Positions 1 to 8,454 of a stretch of 64,000 nt of DNA are shown here, piece by piece. The notes under the pieces are model-generated. The model did not search any database and was not told the DNA's origin. It was given only the letters and a program-made list of their open reading frames with translations. Source of the DNA: Spirochaetes bacterium ADurb.Bin218 (GTDB taxonomy: Bacteria > Spirochaetota > UBA4802 > UBA5550); NCBI GenBank assembly GCA_002069965.1, contig MWCI01000008.1, forward strand, positions 6,910 through 70,909, written 5' to 3'. Each line of letters starts with the position of its first letter. Positions within the stretch are counted from its first letter, which is position 1. The position numbers and the translations under genes were made by a program.

Positions 1-1
1 T

Positions 2-697
2 TTACAGGTTATGAATAAAAATAATCCCCCTCGGATATATTATGATAATGATCCAGCGATTTACTACTCTGGTCCACTTGTTGTTCTCATAGACAGATTC
101 AGCGCCAGCGCCTCTGAGATTCTTGCAGGAGCCCTGAAGGATTATAGGCGAGCTTTAATTATCGGAGCAAGCAACACCTTTGGCAAAGGCACTGTGCAAT
201 CCTATAGTGAATTAAGAAGAAACATGGGAGCAATAAAAATTACAACCCACATATTCTATCAGCCAGGAGGAACATCCAACCAACTCAATGGAATTGCTCC
301 AGATATTCTTGTGCCGGATATGAGTTCTATATGGGATATAAGCGAAGCTGAAAGCAAATATCCACTTAAGTGGCAAAGGATCGACCCTGCAAATTTTAAA
401 AAATACAATATGCTAAATGAGTCACTGGTTAAAAGCCTGAAATCAATTTCTGAAAAACGCACCTCAGCAGGAGAATATGCAGAGCTTAGAAAAAAAATTA
501 AAGAATTCAGTGCAAAGATAAAGAAAAAAGAAATAAGCTTAAGAGAAGAGGCTGATCTTTCCCGTAAAAGAGATAAGGAGATTGAAGAAAGCATAAGGCA
601 GGAACATGACAAAAAAATAGTGGATCTAAAAAAGGATTTATTTCTTAGAGAAGCCTTTAATTTAGGAATAGATTATATAGAGAGAATTCCCAGATAG
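2..697 (+). CDS. C-terminal processing (tail-specific) peptidase, S41 family; 5' end cut by the window edge
   Basis: The frame is open from nt 2. LVVLIDRFSASASEILAGALKDYRRALIIGASNTFGKGTVQ matches the S41 catalytic Ser/Lys region. The tail is Lys/Glu-rich. Confidence 0.85.
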   Translation, partial: LQVMNKNNPPRIYYDNDPAIYYSGPLVVLIDRFSASASEILAGALKDYRRALIIGASNTFGKGTVQSYSELRRNMGAIKITTHIFYQPGGTSNQLNGIAPDILVPDMSSIWDISEAESKYPLKWQRIDPANFKKYNMLNESLVKSLKSISEKRTSAGEYAELRKKIKEFSAKIKKKEISLREEADLSRKRDKEIEESIRQEHDKKIVDLKKDLFLREAFNLGIDYIERIPR

Positions 698-704
698 CTA
701 TGAT

Positions 705-1715
705 CTATAATAGAGATACATACCTATCTATTTCTATCTGATAGTTTAATCTATCAATTACAAGAGGATCGATACCACTGCGCATCATCTTTATTCTCAG
801 AAATGAAGCTGTCTCCTTGGCAAAGTGGCAGCTTTCATCTATATAGAATATGACAGTTTCTATTCCATAATTTTTGAGAAGTTTATAGAGCAACTCAAAT
901 CTCTCCTGAACCTTTCTTATGCAGGGCTGCATTGGCCTGTAGCTATAGGCCTCAAGCAATTCATAAAAAATATATGGCGATTCACTGTTAAGGGAAATAT
1001 CAAAAAGCCTGGAACCGCTGCAGGTGTCATCCTCAACAGGAGCAATACCTCCCCTTTCAATATAATCAAGGATATCCTCTGGAATATGTCTGGCTCCAAA
1101 AATAAGAGCCTTTACCTTAAAATCTTTTTTTGAAGCTTCCTTTTTTTGCAAGATCTCTTCTACTTTTTTAAGAGTTTCAATGGCTCTCTGCGGTGGAAAA
1201 ATAAGGCTTAAATCCAGGAGGAGCTTAATCTCCGCTTGACTTATAGGGTAGCCTTCATTTTTTAATGCAAATATCTTGCGGACATTTCGCCTGAGTTCTT
1301 CATAACTACGGCATAGGCTCTGAAGCTTTTCTATATTAATGGATTTTAGATCAATTTGAAAATTTTCCTGCAGGAATAATAAAAGCTTATTATGAAGTTC
1401 CACTGCTGCATCTTCACCAAATCCCCCTGGATAATCAAAGCTCAGGTAGTTTTCAAAAGATCTACTACAGGGATACCTATGATAGGGAGTTATAAGCGCC
1501 ATAAAATTTTTGTTTATAAAAAGAGAATCCTTAGTGCCATTTAAATATTCTTCTGGAATTTTAAGATAATCAATATCAAAGCTTGCAAATATCTCAGGAG
1601 GCAAAAGTGGCGTTACATAGCCCAAAGGTTTTCTATTTTTTTCTTCTACTGTTTTGAGGATATATTCCTCATAATTATTTATCTGGCTATGTAGTAATTC
1701 AAATATTTCTGTCAT
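705..1715 (-). CDS. 2-hydroxyacyl-CoA dehydratase / benzoyl-CoA reductase BcrC/BadD/HgdB-family protein (tentative)
   Basis: 336-aa ORF. The C-terminal half (YSYRPMQPCIRK...VIFYIDESCHFAKE) resembles the HgdB/BcrC family. No activator or partner subunit is adjacent. Assigned from remembered family features only. Confidence 0.45.
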   Translation of the reverse strand: MTEIFELLHSQINNYEEYILKTVEEKNRKPLGYVTPLLPPEIFASFDIDYLKIPEEYLNGTKDSLFINKNFMALITPYHRYPCSRSFENYLSFDYPGGFGEDAAVELHNKLLLFLQENFQIDLKSINIEKLQSLCRSYEELRRNVRKIFALKNEGYPISQAEIKLLLDLSLIFPPQRAIETLKKVEEILQKKEASKKDFKVKALIFGARHIPEDILDYIERGGIAPVEDDTCSGSRLFDISLNSESPYIFYELLEAYSYRPMQPCIRKVQERFELLYKLLKNYGIETVIFYIDESCHFAKETASFLRIKMMRSGIDPLVIDRLNYQIEIDRYVSLL

Positions 1716-1859
1716 AAAACTTGCTCTTTTTGTCTCTAAGATTAATCTTTAATTTAAGAAGACTGAATGAGTTTATAGTTAATCTACAGGGAGTCAAGAG
1801 AAAATCTTTAAGGCTTTTTACTCATTTATGCCATTTTTACAGGTAGTTGAAAAAAATGC

Positions 1860-1886
1860 TAAAATTTGACAAAATCATGCCGATAA
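1860..1886 (+). promoter_or_regulatory. Sigma-28 (FliA)-type promoter upstream of the STAS gene
   Basis: TAAAATTT (1860-1867), 11 nt, GCCGATAA (1879-1886). This matches the consensus TAAAGTTT-N11-GCCGATAA at 7/8 and 8/8. The -10 element ends 24 nt before the ATG at 1911. Confidence 0.6.
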
Positions 1887-1910
1887 TCTTAGCAGGAGAA
1901 ATTTTAACTT

Positions 1911-2207
1911 ATGAATTGCAAGCTACGAGAACCAAAGATATGGAAGCTTCCAAAGACTATCGGTTATGATTGTGTTCCAAACTATCTCTCTCTATTGAAT
2001 AACCATTATATGCCAGAGGAACTCATAGTGGATCTCACAGAAACTGAGGTATTGCATTCATCCTTTGTAGGATTTCTCATATATGCAAAAAATATGATAG
2101 AAAAAAACAATGGCTCCATAAAAATAATTTTATCTGACACAAGTCAAAAAATATTCAAAATGCTCAACATATACATTTTTTTTGAACCCAACATTATAAC
2201 TCTATAA
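1911..2207 (+). CDS. STAS-domain protein (SpoIIAA/RsbV-like anti-sigma-factor antagonist)
   Basis: 98 aa. LIVDLTETEVLHSSFVGFLIYAKN...IKIILSDTSQKIFKMLNI fits the STAS fold pattern, including a Ser at the usual phospho-site (HSS in place of DSS). Confidence 0.65.
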   Translation: MNCKLREPKIWKLPKTIGYDCVPNYLSLLNNHYMPEELIVDLTETEVLHSSFVGFLIYAKNMIEKNNGSIKIILSDTSQKIFKMLNIYIFFEPNIITL

Positions 2208-2232
2208 AAGAATAAAATTAACAGAAAATAAT

Positions 2233-2261
2233 TTGACAAAAAATAATAAAAATTTTAAAAT
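2233..2261 (+). promoter_or_regulatory. Sigma-70-type promoter for the arsR-like/OMP gene pair
   Basis: TTGACA (2233-2238), 17 nt, TAAAAT (2256-2261), 40 nt upstream of the ATG at 2302. Confidence 0.45.
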
Positions 2262-2301
2262 TTGTCTAAATACTTAAACTCTTCATATAGGCGGAATATA
2301 A

Positions 2302-2592
2302 ATGCTTTTTTCAGATTGTCAAATAGATACTGCCACAGAGATTCTTAAATCAATAGCTCATCCTATCAGATTAAAAATTCTCTGTTTTCTCCTTGAGGGA
2401 GAAAAAAACGTAAGCGAAATTGAACAAAAATTTGGTTCAACAATATCCAATATTTCTCAACACCTCACAGTACTTAGAAAAGCTGATATTATTTCAAGGC
2501 GTAAAGATGCTAACTTTATGTATTACTCCCTTAAAGACACAAATATAATAAAACTGATGGAAACAATAAAAACTCTCTTCTGTCAGGAATGA
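2302..2592 (+). CDS. ArsR/SmtB-family winged-helix transcriptional regulator
   Basis: LKSIAHPIRLKILCFLLEGEKNVSEIEQKFGSTISNISQHLTVLRKADIISRRKDANFMYYSL is the canonical ArsR HTH region. Confidence 0.85.
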   Translation: MLFSDCQIDTATEILKSIAHPIRLKILCFLLEGEKNVSEIEQKFGSTISNISQHLTVLRKADIISRRKDANFMYYSLKDTNIIKLMETIKTLFCQE

Positions 2593-4223
2593 AAAAGCTA
2601 ATCTTTACTTTTACAATACTTATTTCTCTTACATTCAATAGCACTTTCCCTCAAAGTAAAAAAGAAAATAGAGAACTCATACTTGAGGGAAATATGCTAT
2701 TTACTTATGAAGAGATAATTCTATATGCCGGATTGCAGAGTCAGATTACAAAAAGCCTCAACTACGCAGACATAGCAAAAAAAATCTCAGACTTTTATAA
2801 AGAAAACGGATACACCCTGGTAAAGACTCACCTTATTGAAGACTCCCCAAAAAAGCTTGTTATATATATAAACGAAGGTCACCTTGCCAGAATAATTGTA
2901 GCTGGTTTAAATAACTACTATTCCCTTAAGGTTAAGCAGCTTATTGACTTCCCAGAACGGGTTTACAATACAGAGGTAGAGAAAGAAACAATTAAAAAAA
3001 TTGAAAAAAAATACGGCTTTAAAATAAGAACCGAGCTAAAAAAAATTGCAAACTTTGACGACTCCATATTTCAATTAGACAGAGAAATAAGAAAGATACA
3101 GTTTCTTAACAAAAGCCTTAAGATATTTTCAGACTATCCAGCAGAATATGATCTATTCTTTTATATTGAAGGAGGGAAAGAGCTTGATCCTCTTTCTTTA
3201 AAAAGAGATGGTTTTTCTTTTAACATAGACTATAATTACCCTTCTGAATTCGTTCCAACAGTTTCTCTTTATTGGAAGAATATTTTTTATGGTAAGGATT
3301 TTCTCAAGCTTGAGCTATCCTGTGGATTTGATTTTGATTTCAATTTTCAAGATATAAAAAATGGCTTAAATGATGACATGATTAAAATTCCACCAAGTCA
3401 GACATTTGCCGAGATTTACAGCGAATATAAAATCAATCCATTTCTGAATGAATTCATTGGACCTATATTAATAACTAAACTATACCAGAGCCAATCAGCA
3501 AGAGAAGATATTGGCATCACACAATATCACTATATTCAATCGCGCTTTACACTTGCACCTGAGTTTACATTTCTCAAATATCTTGACATATATGCAGGTT
3601 TTGGTTTTGAAAAGGTTTTCTTCTATGGACACGATTATACTCAAGATGAGCATTACACTATAGACAACAACAGAGAAAACTATCCATTTATAGAAACTCG
3701 ATTTAAACTTGAACCCATACCTATAAGAATAGGAAGCAGAATTAACAAAAATATGATTCTTACAATTACTGATTACTATGGAGACCAGAGATCAAGGGAA
3801 ATAAAACTTAATGGAGAATACGACTTTGAATTTGGAAATCTTTCAATTTATGGAATAAAATTCAAATCTGACTTATTCTTCTACAACCCACCATTCCATC
3901 ACAGTGAAAGCGTAAACAGCTATGCATTCAAGGGGCTCTATGGAGCAAGTTTGTATACAAACAGAGAATTTTCCCTCTCCAATGAATATAGAATGTCTCT
4001 TTACCAGGATTATCTATATGGCGGAGTTTTTGTAGACGGAATATGGTTTAAAGCTGAGGGTTTAACCAATTCAGGAAGCAAAAAGGCCATAGCTGCAGGA
4101 CCAACTGCCAGAATTCTTATTTATGATCAGTTTGAGCTAATACTTTATCTTAGCAAGGATATTCTGATGCCAGATGGAACAATGGGAAACAACTTCCAGG
4201 TTAAACTTAGAAAAAAATGGTAG
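2589..4223 (+). CDS. POTRA-domain outer-membrane beta-barrel protein (Omp85/ShlB-like, tentative)
   Basis: Signal peptide, then a POTRA-like segment (LILEGNMLFTYEEI...LVIYINEGHLARIIVAGLNNY). The remaining ~400 aa are rich in aromatic/alternating residues and end in an aromatic residue (KLRKKW). The start overlaps the arsR-like stop (ATGA). Confidence 0.5.
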   Translation: MKKLIFTFTILISLTFNSTFPQSKKENRELILEGNMLFTYEEIILYAGLQSQITKSLNYADIAKKISDFYKENGYTLVKTHLIEDSPKKLVIYINEGHLARIIVAGLNNYYSLKVKQLIDFPERVYNTEVEKETIKKIEKKYGFKIRTELKKIANFDDSIFQLDREIRKIQFLNKSLKIFSDYPAEYDLFFYIEGGKELDPLSLKRDGFSFNIDYNYPSEFVPTVSLYWKNIFYGKDFLKLELSCGFDFDFNFQDIKNGLNDDMIKIPPSQTFAEIYSEYKINPFLNEFIGPILITKLYQSQSAREDIGITQYHYIQSRFTLAPEFTFLKYLDIYAGFGFEKVFFYGHDYTQDEHYTIDNNRENYPFIETRFKLEPIPIRIGSRINKNMILTITDYYGDQRSREIKLNGEYDFEFGNLSIYGIKFKSDLFFYNPPFHHSESVNSYAFKGLYGASLYTNREFSLSNEYRMSLYQDYLYGGVFVDGIWFKAEGLTNSGSKKAIAAGPTARILIYDQFELILYLSKDILMPDGTMGNNFQVKLRKKW

Positions 4224-5027
4224 CTATTCTATCCCTATTATTCTGCTTTCCAGAAAACACCTTTCAGCCCCACGTAAATAGCAATGGGCAACTATATATC
4301 TATTTTTTCCATATTGTATAAATTCCTTTGGGAGTATATTTCTCACTGTTACATTACCATCTGTGTCACAATATCTTATTGTAATCTTTTTACCTATAGC
4401 TATTTTCCTTGCAGTAGCAATCTCGCTTTTTTCCCTTAATATCTTAGAATTAACTCTTGCGCCATGTATATTCATGAATTCACCGAATGTGGAGTTTTCA
4501 TCAAGGCCACTCCTTTTAACAACCTCAAGAAAAACCATCATGCAAACAATGGCATCATCAAGAGCCCTGTGATTACGGCAATCAATCCCAAGATAGGAAG
4601 CAAGAGTTGTTAGCTTATGATTTGGCAACTCGCAAAAAAATTTCCTTGCAAGGCGAACAGTATCAAGACCCCATAGCCTTCTGGAAGCAATCCCCTGCTT
4701 TTTAAAAACCAGATCAATAAAGGATAAATCAAATGAAGGATTATGAACCACAAGGACAGAATCTTTAATAAAATCATAAAAAGAAAAAACAACATCTTCA
4801 ATAGAGGGGGAATTGCAAACCATCTCATCTGTTATACCATGTATGCGCACTACATTATATGGAATATGCACTTTGGGATTTATGAGGGTATGAAACTCTT
4901 CTTTATCTCCTGCGAGATTAAATTTTACTGCGCCTATTTCAACTATCTTATCAAAGGCTGGATTTACACCAGTTGTTTCAAGATCCACAGCACAGAAATT
5001 TATAGTTAAAAGCTTTTCATTAAACAT
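4224..5027 (-). CDS. DEDDh 3'-5' exonuclease (DnaQ/PolIII-epsilon-like) with a C-terminal WYL-like domain
   Basis: Exo I FCAVDLETTG, Exo II VVHNPSFDLSF, Exo III HRALDDA. The last ~55 aa (ITIRYCDTDGNVTVRNILPKEFIQYGKNRYIVAHCYLRGAERCFLESRI) fit the WYL pattern R-x-v-x-P...YL-x-A-x-C...R-x-F-x-x-x-RI. Confidence 0.8.
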   Translation of the reverse strand: MFNEKLLTINFCAVDLETTGVNPAFDKIVEIGAVKFNLAGDKEEFHTLINPKVHIPYNVVRIHGITDEMVCNSPSIEDVVFSFYDFIKDSVLVVHNPSFDLSFIDLVFKKQGIASRRLWGLDTVRLARKFFCELPNHKLTTLASYLGIDCRNHRALDDAIVCMMVFLEVVKRSGLDENSTFGEFMNIHGARVNSKILREKSEIATARKIAIGKKITIRYCDTDGNVTVRNILPKEFIQYGKNRYIVAHCYLRGAERCFLESRIIGIE

Positions 5028-5961
5028 CAGAACTAAAATCCCCCATAAATTTCACCTCTGTTTCAAGAGCAATAGAGTGTTTTTCCATAACACATTGCTG
5101 AATCTTCTTTATAAGCCTATAAATGTCCTCAGAAGTGGCGTTACCTGTATTTATTATAAAATTTGTATGCTTTTCTGAAACCTTTGCACCTCCAATTGAA
5201 AAACCCTTAAGCCCACAGTCATCAATAAGCTTCCATGAAGAAAAACCCTCTGGATTTTTGAAAACAGATCCAGCTGATGGATATTCCATTGGATGTTTTT
5301 TCCATCTCTCTTGAATTATCTTTTCGATCTCTTTTTTAAGAGTCTCTATTTCATGGGAAGAAATTTTTGGTAAAGAAAAATATCCTCCAAGGATAACTGC
5401 TCCCTTTGGGATATTCATATCTCTATATGAACACAGAGAAGATGTAATCTCTCTCTCTATTATATCACCCTCCTGAGTAAGCAACTTTATGCTTTTTAAA
5501 ATATCACTAAAGCTACCCATAAACGTCCCGGCATTCATAAAAATGCCTCCACCAATAGCCCCAGGAATACCTGCCATAAACTCCACTCCCCCATAACCAT
5601 GGTCTATTGTCTCCTGAATAAATCTCTCCTTCGAAACATTGGCTGAAGCATAAATGAATCCTTCATCAAAGCAAACAGACTCTGTATCGCTATAAAGACG
5701 AATTACAATTCCGGAGAGCCCCTTATCGCTTACAAGAAGATTTGAGCCTCCACCAATTATGTGATACGGACAATTCACCTCTTTTAATACAGCAAAAGCC
5801 TTTATTAAGGAATCCTCATCAATGGGTTCAAATAAATAATCAGCAGTGCCACCTGTTTTAAAAGTAGTGACATCTTTTAAAGGAAAATTTTTAAACAACC
5901 TTCCATGGGACTGAAGTTCCTTTTGCAAGTCTGCTGGCATTTCATAGAAATTATTTGACAT
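5020..5961 (-). CDS. murB: UDP-N-acetylenolpyruvoylglucosamine reductase
   Basis: FKTGGTADYLFEP, IIGGGSNLLVSD, GAGSVFKNP and C-terminal EVKFMG motifs typical of MurB (FAD-binding PCMH type). Confidence 0.9.
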   Translation of the reverse strand: MSNNFYEMPADLQKELQSHGRLFKNFPLKDVTTFKTGGTADYLFEPIDEDSLIKAFAVLKEVNCPYHIIGGGSNLLVSDKGLSGIVIRLYSDTESVCFDEGFIYASANVSKERFIQETIDHGYGGVEFMAGIPGAIGGGIFMNAGTFMGSFSDILKSIKLLTQEGDIIEREITSSLCSYRDMNIPKGAVILGGYFSLPKISSHEIETLKKEIEKIIQERWKKHPMEYPSAGSVFKNPEGFSSWKLIDDCGLKGFSIGGAKVSEKHTNFIINTGNATSEDIYRLIKKIQQCVMEKHSIALETEVKFMGDFSSDV

Positions 5962-6039
5962 CTTTTCATCCAGAAATAAAAGTTAAAACCAGAGATCATT
6001 TTTTTTATTAAAAAATCACTGTCAATAAATTTAAAGGAA

Positions 6040-6073
6040 TAAAAAAGAATCCCCCTGCTGGTAGGCGAGGGGG
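6040..6073 (-). terminator. Orphan terminator-like hairpin (minus-strand orientation)
   Basis: CCCCCTGC (6051-6058) and GCGAGGGGG (6065-6073) form a stem with one bulge. On the minus strand this is followed by ATTC then T6. No annotated minus-strand gene ends here. Confidence 0.3.
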
Positions 6074-6365
6074 AGATAAAGAGGAAGCAAAAATGTTAAC
6101 TCAAAATACTAAGTCGGCATTCAGGAAACATAAACCGCCAAAAAACTTTACACATTTTATTATAATTAAAATAATTTAGATTGTCAAATATTTTTTTTAA
6201 AAAATTTTATAATTATTGGTATTTTTTAAAAAAATTTCTTATCTAAATAGCAAAAGAAAGGTCTAAATACCTTTTGCTCTTATATAAAATAAGAAATATT
6301 CTTAGTCTTGTTACAGTAAAATTATTAAAAAAGCCATGTTGCAAAATATCTTTATATCAAAATAC

Positions 6366-6392
6366 TTAATATTTATCACTAAGCTCCGATAA
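6366..6392 (+). promoter_or_regulatory. Possible sigma-28-type promoter upstream of the coiled-coil ORF
   Basis: TTAATATT, 11 nt, TCCGATAA (5/8 and 7/8 to consensus). It shares the 10-mer CCGATAATCT with the promoter at 1860-1886. It lies 45 nt upstream of the ATG at 6438. Confidence 0.35.
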
Positions 6393-6437
6393 TCTATAGA
6401 AGGGGAAATCTAAAAGCTCCCAAAACAGGCAAATTCT

Positions 6438-6929
6438 ATGAAAAGAGAAAAAAAAGCAATAATACCTGATCTCAAAGAATTCACTGACGAATCCGGGAAA
6501 AAATGGGTCCCCACATCGGCAGATGATCTCTTTTCAATGGAAGAACTCAATAATATCATAAAGGATATTGAAAAAGAAAGAGCCAAAGATGAGATTGTCC
6601 TTGCCAGAATAGACTTTCAAAAAGTAGACAGAGAATTCTATGAGGCTGCTGTTGAACTTCAAAAGAGACTGGAGAAACAAACTCTTCTGCTAAAAAAATT
6701 TATCAAAGAATCAAGAGAGCTGATTGATAAAAAAAACCGAAAACTAAAAGAGCTAATTGATTATATAAAAAAGCTTCATCTTTTCATTGCATATCTAAAT
6801 GAAAACCCTGATGAGGCAGAAAAACTCTCAGGCAATATATTTGTCCAGATACAATCTCCAGAGGAAGAAATTATATCTGAATATGAAGAAGTTCAAGAAA
6901 TACCAATGTCAGATCTTGACAGCGAGTAA
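6438..6929 (+). CDS. Hypothetical acidic coiled-coil protein
   Basis: 163-aa ORF with no competing frame. It has heptad-like Lys/Glu-rich sequence and no recognisable catalytic motif. Confidence 0.6.
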   Translation: MKREKKAIIPDLKEFTDESGKKWVPTSADDLFSMEELNNIIKDIEKERAKDEIVLARIDFQKVDREFYEAAVELQKRLEKQTLLLKKFIKESRELIDKKNRKLKELIDYIKKLHLFIAYLNENPDEAEKLSGNIFVQIQSPEEEIISEYEEVQEIPMSDLDSE

Positions 6930-7029
6930 ATAACATAAAGTCTCTTTTCAAAAGAAAAATGTTTGACACAGACCCCTACTAACTGCTGCCATTTAAACAA
7001 TAAAAAATAACCCTTGCTTTGAGGTCTAT

Positions 7030-8454
7030 ATGGCAATTAAAATATACAACACAATGAGCAGAAAACTGGAAGAATTTATACCTGGAGGAGAACCAAAGGA
7101 ACAGATAACAGATTATCCTCCTGTAACAATATATTCCTGTGGCCCCACTGTCTATAGCTTTGCCCACATAGGTAATTTCAGAACATTTATATTCAATGAT
7201 CTACTGCGTAGATACCTAAAATTTCGCGGATACAGTGTAGATCATGCAATGAATATTACTGACGTTGATGACAAGACAATAAAAGGGGCTCTGGCTGAGG
7301 GTATAACTCTCAAGGAATATACAGATAAATACACAAAAATTTTCTTTGAGGATCTAAAAAAGCTCAACATTGAGCCAGTGGAGCACAACCCGAGAGCAAC
7401 TGAATCTATCGAAGAGATGATTGATATAATCAAAAAAATTGACGAAAAGGGAATAATGTATAACAGCGAAGGTTCTCTCTACTTTGATATATCAAAGTTT
7501 CCGCAATATGGCAGGCTGTCTAACCTTGACAAAAGGGAAATAAAAGCAGGTGCTCGCTACGATGCAGATGAATACAATAAAGAAGATGTCCGTGACTTTG
7601 CTCTGTGGAAAGCTCCTAAGGAAAATGAACCCTTCTGGGAAACACCTTATGGCCCTGGAAGACCTGGCTGGCATATTGAATGCTCTGCGATGATACGAAA
7701 GATCTTTGGGAAGACAATCGATATTCACACTGGAGGAGTTGACCTGATATTTCCTCACCATGAAAATGAAATTGCTCAAAGCGAGGCAGCTTATGGAGAA
7801 AAATTTGTCCGCTATTGGCTCCATGTGGAGCATCTCCTTGTTGATGGAGCAAAGATGTCTAAATCTGCAGGCAACTTTTATACCTTAAGGGATCTACTCA
7901 ATATGGGCTATTCTCCACGGCCCATAAGGTATCTGCTAATATCTGCTCACTATAGAAAACAGCTGAACTTTACACTTGAAGGAATTAAACACTCCGAGCA
8001 GGCACTTGAGCGTATAGACAATCTCATAGTAAGGCTTAGGGACATTAAAAAAGAAGAACACAACTTTAATGAATGCGATAATTTAATAGCAAAGCTTTAC
8101 TTTGATTTTACTGAGGCAATGGATAATGATCTCAATATATCTGGAGCCTTAGGGGTTTTCTTTGAATTTGTTTCAAAAGTAAACACTTTAATATCTGAGG
8201 AAAAGCTTTCAAAGAATGATGCTGAAAAAATAATAGCTGCAATAAATAAACTGGATAGCGTATTTGGATTTATAAACTTTGAGAGCGAAGAGGATGTTGA
8301 CGCAGAAAGGATAGAGGCTTTAGTTCAGGAGAGAATTCAGGCTAAAAAGGATAAAAATTTCAAGAGGGCTGATGAGATCCGTGATATGTTAAAAGAAGAA
8401 GGAATAATTCTCGAAGACACAAAAGATGGCACAAGATGGAAAAGAAAGAAATAG
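7030..8454 (+). CDS. cysS: Cysteine--tRNA ligase
   Basis: Class I HIGH (HIGNFRTF) and KMSKS (KMSKSAGNF) motifs, a CGPTVY start region and a WHIECS zinc site. Confidence 0.95.
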   Translation: MAIKIYNTMSRKLEEFIPGGEPKEQITDYPPVTIYSCGPTVYSFAHIGNFRTFIFNDLLRRYLKFRGYSVDHAMNITDVDDKTIKGALAEGITLKEYTDKYTKIFFEDLKKLNIEPVEHNPRATESIEEMIDIIKKIDEKGIMYNSEGSLYFDISKFPQYGRLSNLDKREIKAGARYDADEYNKEDVRDFALWKAPKENEPFWETPYGPGRPGWHIECSAMIRKIFGKTIDIHTGGVDLIFPHHENEIAQSEAAYGEKFVRYWLHVEHLLVDGAKMSKSAGNFYTLRDLLNMGYSPRPIRYLLISAHYRKQLNFTLEGIKHSEQALERIDNLIVRLRDIKKEEHNFNECDNLIAKLYFDFTEAMDNDLNISGALGVFFEFVSKVNTLISEEKLSKNDAEKIIAAINKLDSVFGFINFESEEDVDAERIEALVQERIQAKKDKNFKRADEIRDMLKEEGIILEDTKDGTRWKRKK

